From contig JBDREN010000219.1 of assembly GCA_043819795.1 (NCBI GenBank), positions 1 to 58,900 of the forward strand: a stretch of DNA of 58,900 nucleotides. The letters run 5' to 3'. The position numbers and the translations under genes are program-made. The notes beneath the pieces were generated by a model that was not told where the DNA came from, searched no databases, and was given only the letters and a program-made list of their open reading frames with translations. Position 1 is the first letter of the stretch, and every line of letters starts with the position of its first letter. This DNA is from Elusimicrobiota bacterium. Lineage in GTDB: Bacteria > Elusimicrobiota > Elusimicrobia > UBA1565. Of the stretch, positions 9,764-19,250 are shown piece after piece.

Positions 9764-10635
9764 AGCGCCTCCAGGAAGTCTCGGATTCCCGCTCCCCAAT
9801 ACGGGGTATCCAGGAAACCGTCGTTGTGGTTTCCGCGGGTCTCGATGAACCGCTTCGGCTCCGGGGCGGCATGGTAGAGCCGCTGGCCCATGGCGAAGGG
9901 CACGATGTCGTCGTCCGGGCTGTGCATGGCCAGGAGCGGAGCTTGCAGGCGCCCGATCTTCGACAGGCTGTCGTAGCGGAAGCGGATGATCCAGCGGACC
10001 GGCAGGAAGGGGAGGATCAGCCGGCCCATGTCCGCCGTGGAGGTGAAGGCGCTGTCGAGGATGACGGCGCGGGGCGGGAGGCTCAGGGCCGTCTCGACGG
10101 CCACGGCGCAACCGAGCGATTCCCCGTAGTAGACGATCCTGCCCGGCTCGACTCCGTAGTCGCGGACGAGGGTCTCGGCCGCGGCGCGCCCGTCCCGGTA
10201 GGTCCCGGCCTCGGAAGGCCGGCCTCGGCTCTTGCCGTAGCCGCGATAGTCGAATATGAATACCGAAAGACCCATCTGGCGGAATATGCGCAGCTTCTGG
10301 ACCCGGTGGCTGATGTTGCCCCCATTGCCGTGGAAGAAGAGGATGACCGGGGCCTTGTCGGCGGCCGAGCTCAGCCGGCGCAGCTCGGGCAGCGGCGGCT
10401 CGTCCACGAACATGTTCGAGGGCCGCGGCCGTCCGGCGTCCAGATACCAGCCGTGCAGGGGTACCCCGTCGCCGGCCTGGAACAGGACGTCCTCGTAGGG
10501 GAGGCCGTAGGTGCCCGGATGGATCTCGTGCTGGCGGGTGGGGAAGTAAAGGTTGACGCGCTCGAACCAGCGCAGCGCGCCCCAAAGCAGAGCCGCCGCC
10601 AGCAGCACGTAGGCGAATTTCAGCGCGACCGACAT
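9760..10635 (-). CDS. Alpha/beta hydrolase (BEM46/ABHD-like)
   Basis: FFHGNGGN, DYRGYGKS, GESLG nucleophile elbow, HSPDDDIVP, GNHND. Confidence 0.9.
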   Translation of the reverse strand: MSVALKFAYVLLAAALLWGALRWFERVNLYFPTRQHEIHPGTYGLPYEDVLFQAGDGVPLHGWYLDAGRPRPSNMFVDEPPLPELRRLSSAADKAPVILFFHGNGGNISHRVQKLRIFRQMGLSVFIFDYRGYGKSRGRPSEAGTYRDGRAAAETLVRDYGVEPGRIVYYGESLGCAVAVETALSLPPRAVILDSAFTSTADMGRLILPFLPVRWIIRFRYDSLSKIGRLQAPLLAMHSPDDDIVPFAMGQRLYHAAPEPKRFIETRGNHNDGFLDTPYWGAGIRDFLEAL

Positions 10636-10707
10636 GGGATAAAGTCTAACTTCTTGCGACGGCGGAGGTCAAATCGGCGTCGGCGCCGCAGGCTTGCCCG
10701 GCGGCGC

Positions 10708-11142
10708 TTACCGCTCGGCGCGCGTGCTGCCGATGAACTGGAGCACGACCCTGCGCTCGCGGGGCCTCGTGTCGAACTCCTCGAGGACGATCTGCTGCCA
10801 CGTGCCGAGGAGCATCGCGCCGTCCGCGAAGGGGACCGTGAGCGACGGGCCCTGGAGGGCGGCGCGGACGTGGCTCGAGCCGTTGTCGTCGCCCCAGGTG
10901 GCGTGGTGCGCGTAGTCCTGGCCGGCCGGGGCCAGCTTTTCGTAGAGCTCAACCATGTCCCGGACGAGGCCGGGCTCGAACTCGATGGTGGTGACGCCGG
11001 CCGTGGACCCGACGACGAAGATCGTGACCTGGCCCTCCCCGAGGCCCGAGGCCTCGAGGCGGCTACGGACGCGCCCGGTCAGGTCGATCATCTCCCCCTG
11101 GCCCTTGGTCCGCACATGCACGGTCTCGCTGAGTATCTTCAT
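10708..11142 (-). CDS. yjbQ: YjbQ family protein (UPF0047)
   Basis: GSTAGVTTIE, DDNGSSH, LLGTWQQIVL. Confidence 0.92.
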   Translation of the reverse strand: MKILSETVHVRTKGQGEMIDLTGRVRSRLEASGLGEGQVTIFVVGSTAGVTTIEFEPGLVRDMVELYEKLAPAGQDYAHHATWGDDNGSSHVRAALQGPSLTVPFADGAMLLGTWQQIVLEEFDTRPRERRVVLQFIGSTRAER

Positions 11143-11202
11143 GGGCGCATCCTCCTGACGGCTATAGTCGACACGATTCGGCCCGGCCGGTCAACCGTTG
11201 TG

Positions 11203-11293
11203 CGCGTCCCTCCCCCACGGGGAGGGGCGCGGAAGTAGGAGGGGGTCGAGCCATCGCCCCCCTACTTAAGCCGCCCCCCGTGGGGGGGCGGCT
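11203..11293. repeat. Cluster of three hairpins (REP/BIME-like)
   Basis: CGCGTCCCTCCCC-CAC-GGGGAGGGGCGCG; AAGTAGG...CCTACTT; AGCCGCCCCCC-GTG-GGGGGGCGGCT. Confidence 0.6.
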
Positions 11294-11388
11294 GGCTCGG
11301 CCCTCCATAATTTTGCATCTTATCCCATGCGATAGCGCCGGGACCCTGTCGCGCGGGGCCGGCAAGCCAAGGTAGCTTCGAGGTGGTC

Positions 11389-12720
11389 ATGTCCAGCGTC
11401 AAGAAGGTCATCATCATGGGGGCGGCGGGCCGGGACTTCCACAACTTCAACGTGTTCTTCCGCGACAATCCCGACTTCCGCGTAGTGGCCTTCACCGCGT
11501 TCCAGATCCCCAACATCGCGGGCAGGACTTACCCCAAGGAGCTGGCCGGCTCTCGCTATCCGGCGGGCATCCCGATCTACGACGAGTCCAAGCTGACCTC
11601 CCTCATCCAGCGGCACGGCGTCGACGAGGTCGTCTTCGCTTACAGCGACGTGTCCTACGATGAGGTGATGCACAGGGCCTCTATAGTCAACGCGGCCGGC
11701 GCGGATTTCCGGCTCTTGGGCGCCGGGCACACCATGATCGAGTCCAGCAAGCCCGTGATATCGATCTGCGCCGTCCGCACCGGCTGCGGGAAGAGCCAGA
11801 CCTCGAGGCGGGTGGCGAAGCTGCTGCGCGAGAAGGGCAAGTCCGTCGTGGTCATCCGTCATCCCATGCCCTACGGGAAGGACCTGAACGCGCAGCGCTG
11901 CCAGCGGTTCGCCACCCTCGACGACGTGGACAAGCATCACTGCACCATCGAGGAGCGCGAGGAGTACGAGACCCACATCCAGCAGGGGAACCTGGTCTAC
12001 GCGGGCGTGGACTACGAGCAGATCCTCAGGGCCGCGGAGCGCGAGGCGGACATCATCCTCTGGGACGGGGGAAACAACGATGTCCCGTTCTACCGGCCCG
12101 ACCTGCACATCGTGCTGGTGGACCCCCTGCGGCCGGGCCACGAGGTCCGCTACCACCCTGGGGAGACCAACCTCCGGAGGGCCGACGTGGTCATCGTGAA
12201 CAAGATCGGCTCGGCGAGCTTCTGGGCGATCGAGGAGGTTACGGCGAACGTCCGGCGCCTCAACCCCGGAGCGCGGCTGATCCTGGCCGACTCGAAGGTG
12301 AGCGTCACGGACGCCGAGGCGATCCGGGGCAAGAGGGTCCTGCTCATCGAGGACGGGCCCACGTTGACCCACGGCAACATGAGCTACGGGGCCGCCCACG
12401 TCGCCGCGCGGCGCCACGGCGCGGCGCAGATCGTGGACCCCAGGCCCATGGCGATCGGCTCCATCAAGAAGGTGTTCGCGAAGTATCCGCACCTCAAAGA
12501 GGTCCTCCCCGCGATGGGCTACAGCGAGACCCAGGTGCGGGAGCTCAACCATACCATCAACAAGACCGCCTGCGACCTGGTGCTCGTCGGCACCCCTTTC
12601 GACCTCGGCTGGATGCTCAAGACCGAGAAGCGCCTGCTGCGCGTCACCTACGAGGTGGACGAGTCCGGCACCCGGGCCCTGGACCGCCTCCTCGACGACT
12701 TCCTGTCGCGCAAGGCGTGA
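11389..12720 (+). CDS. arcE: P-loop NTPase of the cyclic 2,3-diphosphoglycerate synthetase-like family; probable arginine synthetase ArcE
   Basis: MGAAGRDFHNFN, AVRTGCGKSQT, RHPMPYG, CTIEEREEYE, WDGGNND, EDGPTLTHG, LPAMGY; directly upstream of an ornithine carbamoyltransferase. Confidence 0.75.
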   Translation: MSSVKKVIIMGAAGRDFHNFNVFFRDNPDFRVVAFTAFQIPNIAGRTYPKELAGSRYPAGIPIYDESKLTSLIQRHGVDEVVFAYSDVSYDEVMHRASIVNAAGADFRLLGAGHTMIESSKPVISICAVRTGCGKSQTSRRVAKLLREKGKSVVVIRHPMPYGKDLNAQRCQRFATLDDVDKHHCTIEEREEYETHIQQGNLVYAGVDYEQILRAAEREADIILWDGGNNDVPFYRPDLHIVLVDPLRPGHEVRYHPGETNLRRADVVIVNKIGSASFWAIEEVTANVRRLNPGARLILADSKVSVTDAEAIRGKRVLLIEDGPTLTHGNMSYGAAHVAARRHGAAQIVDPRPMAIGSIKKVFAKYPHLKEVLPAMGYSETQVRELNHTINKTACDLVLVGTPFDLGWMLKTEKRLLRVTYEVDESGTRALDRLLDDFLSRKA

Positions 12721-12733
12721 GGGGGAGCTGCTT

Positions 12734-13672
12734 ATGAATCTGCAAGGCCGGGACATGGTGACCCTGAAGGATTTCAGCGGTCCCGAGATCCTCCATATCC
12801 TGCGCACCGCCATGGACCTGAAGAGGCGCTTCAAGGCCGGGGAGGACTTCCGCCCCATGCGGGGCAGGATGATGGCCATGATCTTCCAGAAGCCGTCTCT
12901 GCGCACGCGGGTGTCTTTCGAGACGGGCATGTTCCAGCTCGGCGGCTCCGCCATGTACTTGGGGCCCGCCGACATCGGCCTGGGCAAGCGCGAGACGACC
13001 GAGGACATCGCCAAGGTCCTCTCGCGCCAGGTCGACGTCGTCATGGCCCGCGTCTTCGGCCACGACATCATCGAGGACCTCGCGCGTCACGCCGATGTCC
13101 CCGTCATCAACGGCTTGAGCGATTTCACCCATCCCTGCCAGGCCCTGGCCGACCTCCAGACGATCATGGAGCGAGGCAAGCGGCTCGAGGGCTGCAAGCT
13201 GGCCTTCATCGGCGACGGGAACAACGTGGCCAACTCCCTGATCTTCGGCGGCGTGCCGCTGGGCATGCGCGTGACGGTCGCGTCCCCGGAGGGCTACCAG
13301 CTCGACGCAGGGGTCAGGCGATGGGCCGAGCAAGCCGGCGCGCGATCCGGCGGCTCGCTTTCGGCGTCGACCGACCCGCGGGAGGCGGCCTCGGGCGCGG
13401 ACGTCGTCTACACCGACGTCTGGGCGTCCATGGGCCAGGAGAGCGAGGCCGAGCGGCGCCGCCAGCGCTTCGCGGGTTTCCAGGTGGACGCGGAACTGCT
13501 CAGGCTCGCCAAGCCCGACGCCATCGTCCTTCACTGCCTGCCCGCGCATTACGGCGATGAGATCACCCATGAGGTGGCTCATGGCCCCCGGTCCGCCATC
13601 TTCGACGAGGCCGAGAACCGGCTCCACGCGCAGAAGGCGTTGATCGCGCTGATCGCGGGAGCGAGGGGATGA
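12734..13672 (+). CDS. argF: Ornithine carbamoyltransferase
   Basis: KPSLRTRVSFE, HPCQALAD, GDGNNVA, TDVWASMGQE, HCLP, AENRLH. Confidence 0.95.
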   Translation: MNLQGRDMVTLKDFSGPEILHILRTAMDLKRRFKAGEDFRPMRGRMMAMIFQKPSLRTRVSFETGMFQLGGSAMYLGPADIGLGKRETTEDIAKVLSRQVDVVMARVFGHDIIEDLARHADVPVINGLSDFTHPCQALADLQTIMERGKRLEGCKLAFIGDGNNVANSLIFGGVPLGMRVTVASPEGYQLDAGVRRWAEQAGARSGGSLSASTDPREAASGADVVYTDVWASMGQESEAERRRQRFAGFQVDAELLRLAKPDAIVLHCLPAHYGDEITHEVAHGPRSAIFDEAENRLHAQKALIALIAGARG

Positions 13673-15081
13673 GCATGAACGACGGCGAGGTCATCCGGTT
13701 CTACGGGGGACGGTTCGTCTCCGCTTTGCCCATGCTCTTCTTCATCGTGTGGGCGATCACCGTCTGCCTGGCCGGGGCGCCCGACGTGAAGGGGCTCATC
13801 CTGGGCGTGATCATCGGCATCATGCTGGCGATGATCTTCGCGCGAGGCGGGTGGTACGGCTACTGCGAGGAGATCTTCACCGGGATGGCGGATAAGACGG
13901 GCGTGATCGCCATCGTCTGCTGGCTTTGGGCCGGCATGTTCGCCCAGGTCCTGCGCGTGGGCGGGCTGGTCGAGGGATTGGTGTGGCTCAGCGAGACGGC
14001 CGGGGTCGGGGGGGGGATATTCGTCGGGCTCACCTTCCTCCTGGCCGCCCTCTTCGCCTCGGCGGTGGGGACCGGCTACGGCACCACGGTCGCCTTCTGC
14101 ACGCTCATGTATCCGGCCGGCCTCATCATGGGCGCGGAGCCCGTCGTCCTGTTCGCGGCGATCCTGTCCGGGGCCGCGTTCGGGGACAACCTGGCTCCGG
14201 TCTCCGACACGACCATCGTGTCCGCCGCCACCCAGGAGACCGACGTGCCCGGCGTGGTCCGCTCGCGCTTCAAGTACGCGGCGGCGGCCGCCTTGCCCGC
14301 CCTGGTCCTGTTCGTGATCTTCGGCGCGTCCGGACAGGCCGCCCTCGGTGTGGCAGCGGAGGGGGCGTTCGCGGCCTCCGTCGGGCCGGAGGGGCTCGTC
14401 CTGCTGGCGCCTTTCGCGCTGGTGATCGTCCTGGCGATGAGCGGCAGGCATATCATCACGTCGATCACGTGCGGCATCGCGACGGCCGTGGCCCTGATCC
14501 TCGCCTTCGGGCTCTGCGCCGCTGGGGAGATCGCGGCCATCGACAAGGGGAAGCAGGCCATGACCGGCGCGCTCGTCGACGGCATCGCCGGCTATGTGGA
14601 TATGGCGGTCCTGATACTCCTCATCCTTTCGGCGAGCCACATCATGAAGGTGGGCGGGGCCATGGGCGCCATCAGGGACTTCACGCTCAGGATCGTCGGC
14701 CGGTCGGTCCGCCGCGCCGAGGTGGCCATATGGGCCTTCGTGGCCTGTCTCAACTTCTTCATAACGGTCAATACCGCGGCCGAGATCGCGGCGGCCCCGC
14801 TGGTCAGGGAGATCGGCAAGGCCTTCCGCCTGCACCCCTACCGCCGTGCGAACTTCCTCGACGCGGTCAGCTCGGCCTTGGGCTACATCTTCCCCTGGAG
14901 CGGCGGCGTGCTCATCGGATACGCCACGATCTCGGGCTTGGCGAAAGGGGAGATGTCGTGGCTGCGGGTGGTGAGCCCCACCGAGGTGTGGCCCTACGTC
15001 TTCCACGGCTGGCTGCTGCTCGCGGTGATGCTCGTCGCCGCCCTGACCGGCTTCGGCCGGCGGTTCGAGGGGGAAGCGTAG
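13669..15081 (+). CDS. NhaC-family antiporter (possible amino acid antiporter)
   Basis: Many TM segments, GTGYGT, SGAAFGDNLAPVSDTT; ATGA-coupled to OTC. Confidence 0.88.
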   Translation: MSMNDGEVIRFYGGRFVSALPMLFFIVWAITVCLAGAPDVKGLILGVIIGIMLAMIFARGGWYGYCEEIFTGMADKTGVIAIVCWLWAGMFAQVLRVGGLVEGLVWLSETAGVGGGIFVGLTFLLAALFASAVGTGYGTTVAFCTLMYPAGLIMGAEPVVLFAAILSGAAFGDNLAPVSDTTIVSAATQETDVPGVVRSRFKYAAAAALPALVLFVIFGASGQAALGVAAEGAFAASVGPEGLVLLAPFALVIVLAMSGRHIITSITCGIATAVALILAFGLCAAGEIAAIDKGKQAMTGALVDGIAGYVDMAVLILLILSASHIMKVGGAMGAIRDFTLRIVGRSVRRAEVAIWAFVACLNFFITVNTAAEIAAAPLVREIGKAFRLHPYRRANFLDAVSSALGYIFPWSGGVLIGYATISGLAKGEMSWLRVVSPTEVWPYVFHGWLLLAVMLVAALTGFGRRFEGEA

Positions 15082-15082
15082 C

Positions 15083-16171
15083 TCAGGCCGCAAGCAGGTG
15101 CCGGGCGATGGCCTCGGCGCCGTCGGCGGCCAGCGGGCTCCCGAAGTCTTTCATCTCCAGCAACGCCTCCAGGTGCGCGCGCCAGCGGCCCGCGAAGAAA
15201 TCCTCTCGCGGGATCGGGCGCGCGCAGCCGTGGAGCTCGAGGCCTTCCGTCAGGGCGGGTATCTCCCGGTAGCCGGGGCGGTCCAGATACAGCATCCGCA
15301 CGCGGTGCGCGAGGGCCTCGGCCACCGTCCCGAACCCGGGCTTGCCGATCATCACGTCGCTGGCCGCGACGAGGTCGATGTGGCGCATGGGCGTGCGGGT
15401 CGGCAGGGCCCTCCATTCCGCCTTGAGTCCCGAGGGCTTGGGCGCGAAGCCGACGAAGAAGAATCCCGAGAGGTCCTCGCCCGCCGTGGTCTCCCTGATG
15501 CCGCTTCCGAAGCCGCCGAAGGACACCAGCACCATGCGGCGCGGGTCTTCGGGCCGCAGGCCGAGGCGGCGGCGTACCTCACGGCGCGGGCTGCGCGCCT
15601 CGCGCACGACCAGGCCCACGTCGATGACGGTCCGGAAGGCGGGGAGGTCCCCGTGGAGCGGCATCCGGAGCAGCGCCGTGGCTTCGGCGTAGGCCCCGGC
15701 GTAGCGCTCGACGACGGGCCGCCAGGCCGGGTCCGCCTCGGCGTAAGGCTCGAGTATCCAGTCCCAGGACATGTTCGACATGGCGATCGCCGGCACGCCG
15801 CACCGGCGCGCGGCCGCGCAGGGGAGCGCCGGGACGTCCGCGACGACGACCGAGGGGGCCACGCTCTTGATGAAGGCGGACTCCTCCTCGAGCAGGAGGT
15901 CCCAGCGTTCGCCGAGCCGCCGGTGCGCCGCCAGGGAGGCGGGAAGGTCCGTGTCGATCCCGTTTTTCTGGATCATCCCCACATCCAGGTCCGCCGAGGA
16001 GCATACGGTCGCCGGATCGTCGTCCGTGAAGAGCCAGTGGGGGGCTGAGGTCCGTACGTGCGCCCCGAGCTCTTTCGGGCCGAGACAGCGCAAGGCATCG
16101 ATGACGGCGACGGTGCGCGTCGCGTGGCCGAAGCCGTGACCGGTGACGTAGAACAGGATGCGGGCCTTCAT
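15083..16171 (-). CDS. GT-B glycosyltransferase-like protein (L-arabinokinase N-terminal type)
   Basis: YVTGHGFGHATR, VSFGG, IGKPGFGTVAE; ATGA overlap with upstream kinase. Confidence 0.8.
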   Translation of the reverse strand: MKARILFYVTGHGFGHATRTVAVIDALRCLGPKELGAHVRTSAPHWLFTDDDPATVCSSADLDVGMIQKNGIDTDLPASLAAHRRLGERWDLLLEEESAFIKSVAPSVVVADVPALPCAAARRCGVPAIAMSNMSWDWILEPYAEADPAWRPVVERYAGAYAEATALLRMPLHGDLPAFRTVIDVGLVVREARSPRREVRRRLGLRPEDPRRMVLVSFGGFGSGIRETTAGEDLSGFFFVGFAPKPSGLKAEWRALPTRTPMRHIDLVAASDVMIGKPGFGTVAEALAHRVRMLYLDRPGYREIPALTEGLELHGCARPIPREDFFAGRWRAHLEALLEMKDFGSPLAADGAEAIARHLLAA

Positions 16172-17103
16172 GGGACGAGCACCGGCACTATCCTGGGCAG
16201 GATCTCGAATACCGCGGGAAGGCGGCCGAGGGCCTCCCCGTCCAGGTTCAGATAGCTCGGCTCGACCGATCCCGTAGGCAGGCTGGCTTCCAGGCGTTTC
16301 CCTTGATAAAGGCTCACGCCTTTCTCCTCCAGGTGTCTTCCGGAGTACAGCTTGCGCATCGCGAGCAGCATCCGAAGGCGGGTCACGTCGCCGATGGTCA
16401 TCACCTCGAAGAGCCCGTCCGTCGCGTCGGCGTCCGGAGCGACCAGCATGCCTCCGCCGGTCGACGAGGTGTTTGCCAGGATCGCGGTGTGCAGGCGTCG
16501 CTCCGGGAGCGGCTTTCCGTCCAGCTTGAGCGTGTACTCTCGCGCCCGGGAGCGCAGCAGCAGGGCGACCGTCGTCATTAAATAGGAAAGGGTGCCGCCC
16601 GCGCGCTTGCCGGTCCGTTGGACGGCCCGCGCGACGTCCCCGCCCAGGCCGAACGCGGCCATGTTGGTCAGGGGCACGCTCAGCGTGCCTCCGTCTTCCG
16701 CGGTGACCGTGGCGCGGACCAAGTCGATGAGGCGGGTCTTGTCCCCCGAGAGCACCGACAAGAGGGCGTCCTCCTCCCGCGGATAGCGCAGGTGGCGCGC
16801 GAAGTCGCAGCCGGAGCCCGTCGGGTAGCAGCCGAGGGCGGCGCCCGCGCGCGCGGCTTCCGGCGCGGAGAAGTAGCCGGCGACCACCTCGTGCCAGGTC
16901 CCGTCTCCGCCGACCGAGATGATCCTCTTCGCGCCGCTTTCCAGCGCCGTCCGGGCGAGCTCGGCCCCGTGTCCGGGCCGTTCGGTGCGCAGCTCCTCGA
17001 AGGCCCCCAAGGCCTCCCGCAGGGAGCTCCGCCGTCCGGCCCAACGCGAGCCGGAGCGTCCGGCGCCGGCCGCGGGGTTCACGATGACCGCCGTCTTCTG
17101 CAT
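16168..17103 (-). CDS. Diacylglycerol/lipid kinase family protein
   Basis: IVNPAAG, VGGDGT, PTGSGCDFAR, GGGM, LDGE. Confidence 0.92.
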   Translation of the reverse strand: MQKTAVIVNPAAGAGRSGSRWAGRRSSLREALGAFEELRTERPGHGAELARTALESGAKRIISVGGDGTWHEVVAGYFSAPEAARAGAALGCYPTGSGCDFARHLRYPREEDALLSVLSGDKTRLIDLVRATVTAEDGGTLSVPLTNMAAFGLGGDVARAVQRTGKRAGGTLSYLMTTVALLLRSRAREYTLKLDGKPLPERRLHTAILANTSSTGGGMLVAPDADATDGLFEVMTIGDVTRLRMLLAMRKLYSGRHLEEKGVSLYQGKRLEASLPTGSVEPSYLNLDGEALGRLPAVFEILPRIVPVLVP

Positions 17104-17131
17104 CAGGGTATTCGACTACAGGTCTCGGGCG

Positions 17132-19095
17132 CTAGGAAGAACCGCTCGCGTGGGCGAAAGCTTCATAGGCCGTGCCCGGTTCGGCCGCCGGCGGGTCGGG
17201 AGTCCGCTTGGAACCCCGTTTCCCCCTGGCCAGCGTGCGTGAGGAGAGGTAATACAGCGCCGAGGCGGCCGTCATGGCGGCGGCCAGGATCATGAACCCG
17301 GCCGAGGCCGAGAAGGCGTCGAACGCCCATCCCATCGCCAGGATAGCCGCCATGGAGGCCGCGGTGGCCAGGGAGTAGATGAAGCCCGTCACGGAGCCGA
17401 CCTCGTCCTCCTTCGCCGCCGACTGGAAGTAGGCGGTGAGACCGAGCTCGCTGCTCATATTGCCCGTGGAGAGCATGAATACGACCGGCACGGCCACATA
17501 GATGCTGGGGAACGCGATCAGGGCCCACGCGCTCAGGCTCATGAGAGCGGCGTATTTGAGCCAGCCGAACGAGCCGCTCCGCTGGGAGTTCTTCCTAAGG
17601 AAAATGGCGGCGGCCAGCTCCCCTGCGTTCCATGCCATGAGGAGCACGGCCGCGAGGGCCGGACTCTCCAGGATCTGCGTGGCGTAGACGACCGCGAGTA
17701 TCGAGTGGAAGAGCTTGTGGGGGCGATGATCGGGATGTTGACCAGCGCTCCGATGCGGAGCGTCGGGTCGCGCCAGACGACGCGCGCGCCGTGAAAGATG
17801 TCCACGACGTTGGGCTTCGCTTTCCCTTTTCGGACGGGCGCCGTCCTGTCCGTCCCTCCTCGCGGCGGGCGGCGCAGCGCCAGGCGGGCCAGGAAGTAGA
17901 AGACCAAAGCGTAGGAAGCGGGATGCATCGCCAGCGCCGTCAAAGCGCCCAGGCGCTGGAGCAAGAGCCCGGCTCCGCCGACGGCGGCGATGGAGAGGAT
18001 CTCGCGCAGGATGTAGAGCTTCGCGTTGTGCTCCCGCAAGACGCCCTCGTCCCGGCCGAGGATGCGGGGCATGGCGGCCCGGCGGGCGGTGTCGAATACG
18101 CCGGAGAGGCCGCCGTTCACGGCGAAGAGGCCCAGGAACAGGGGCAGGCCCACCGGCAGACCGGCCGCGAGCGCGAGGGGGACCACGCCGACCACCGCCA
18201 TCTGAAGGCCGGCGGTGATCGCCAGAACCCGGGAGGGCTTGAACCGGTCGATCAGGGGGCCGCTCGCCCAGCCCGCGAGCATCCCGGCGAGGTCCGCCGC
18301 GATGAAGATCATGCCCACGTACGTCGCGGCGCCGTACTGGCTCAACAGCAGGATGGGGACGACCAGGTTGAGCGCCTCGACGCCGACCTTCGTGAGCGAG
18401 ACCCCCGCGGCGTAGAACCGGAAGGCTTTGCGCTGTTCGGGGGAGACCCCGGGGGCCGGAACCGGCTTGGGGCCGGGCTTCGCGGCATCCAGCTCGACAT
18501 GCGGCAGCCGGGGGGAATCCGAGCGTGATGAGCGTGCGGCGGCGACGGGCGGGGTGGCGGAGCGGGCCGCCGTCCTTCTGCCGGTGAGGACCTCCTCCAG
18601 GCCGACGCCCGCCGCGTGCAGGCCGCCGGGGGTGCCGCGCGCGGACGATATGGCTTTCAGGAACGGCGCTGCCTCGCTCCCGGCCGTGCGGACCCTCGCC
18701 CGCAGGCCTCCGAATCCCCGGGAACGGACTGCTCGGGCGGCTTGCCGCGGCCCCGCTCCGGGCCGTGGCGCCTGAGCCGCGGCGGGGAGCGCGCCCGCCG
18801 GGATCGCCAACCGCGCCGCGGGACGGTCCGCGGCTCTCCCGGTCGAGGACGTCCGGAGCCCGGCGAGCCCCGGCAGGAGGCTCCGGGTCAGAGAGGGGGC
18901 GGAGGAAGGGGCGCGCAGGTCAGCGCCGAACGCGTTCGTTCCGTCGAGAAGATGCGTCGCCGGGGAAAGGGGCGCCGCGGCGTGTCCGGCGGCGACGCGT
19001 ACGGCGACGACGGCGGCCCAGACCCGGGGGCCGGGGGCGGCGGTGAGCAGAGCCGCGCACAGCAGCGGGGAGATGATGCGTGCCGCAGGTCGCAT
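17132..19095 (-). pseudogene. MFS transporter with long low-complexity N-terminal leader, frameshifted near 17720 (or sequencing error)
   Basis: ORFs 17539..19215 and 17132..17647 join if one base is added near GTGGGGGCG (IIA-x-HKLFHSILAVVYATQILESPALAAVLLMAWN); GPLIDRFK resembles MFS motif A. Confidence 0.75.
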
Positions 19096-19250
19096 GAGCG
19101 CATGGTATGAAATCGCCCGTCGAGACGACAGAGTCCTTGGTCCCATCGCGGGCAGGACAAACGGCCCCCCCGGAGCTTCCTCGTTGGGCCCATGTAGGTT
19201 TTTCCGGGAGTTCATACAATGGAACCTCTGCTCATGATGGAGGACGCTTT

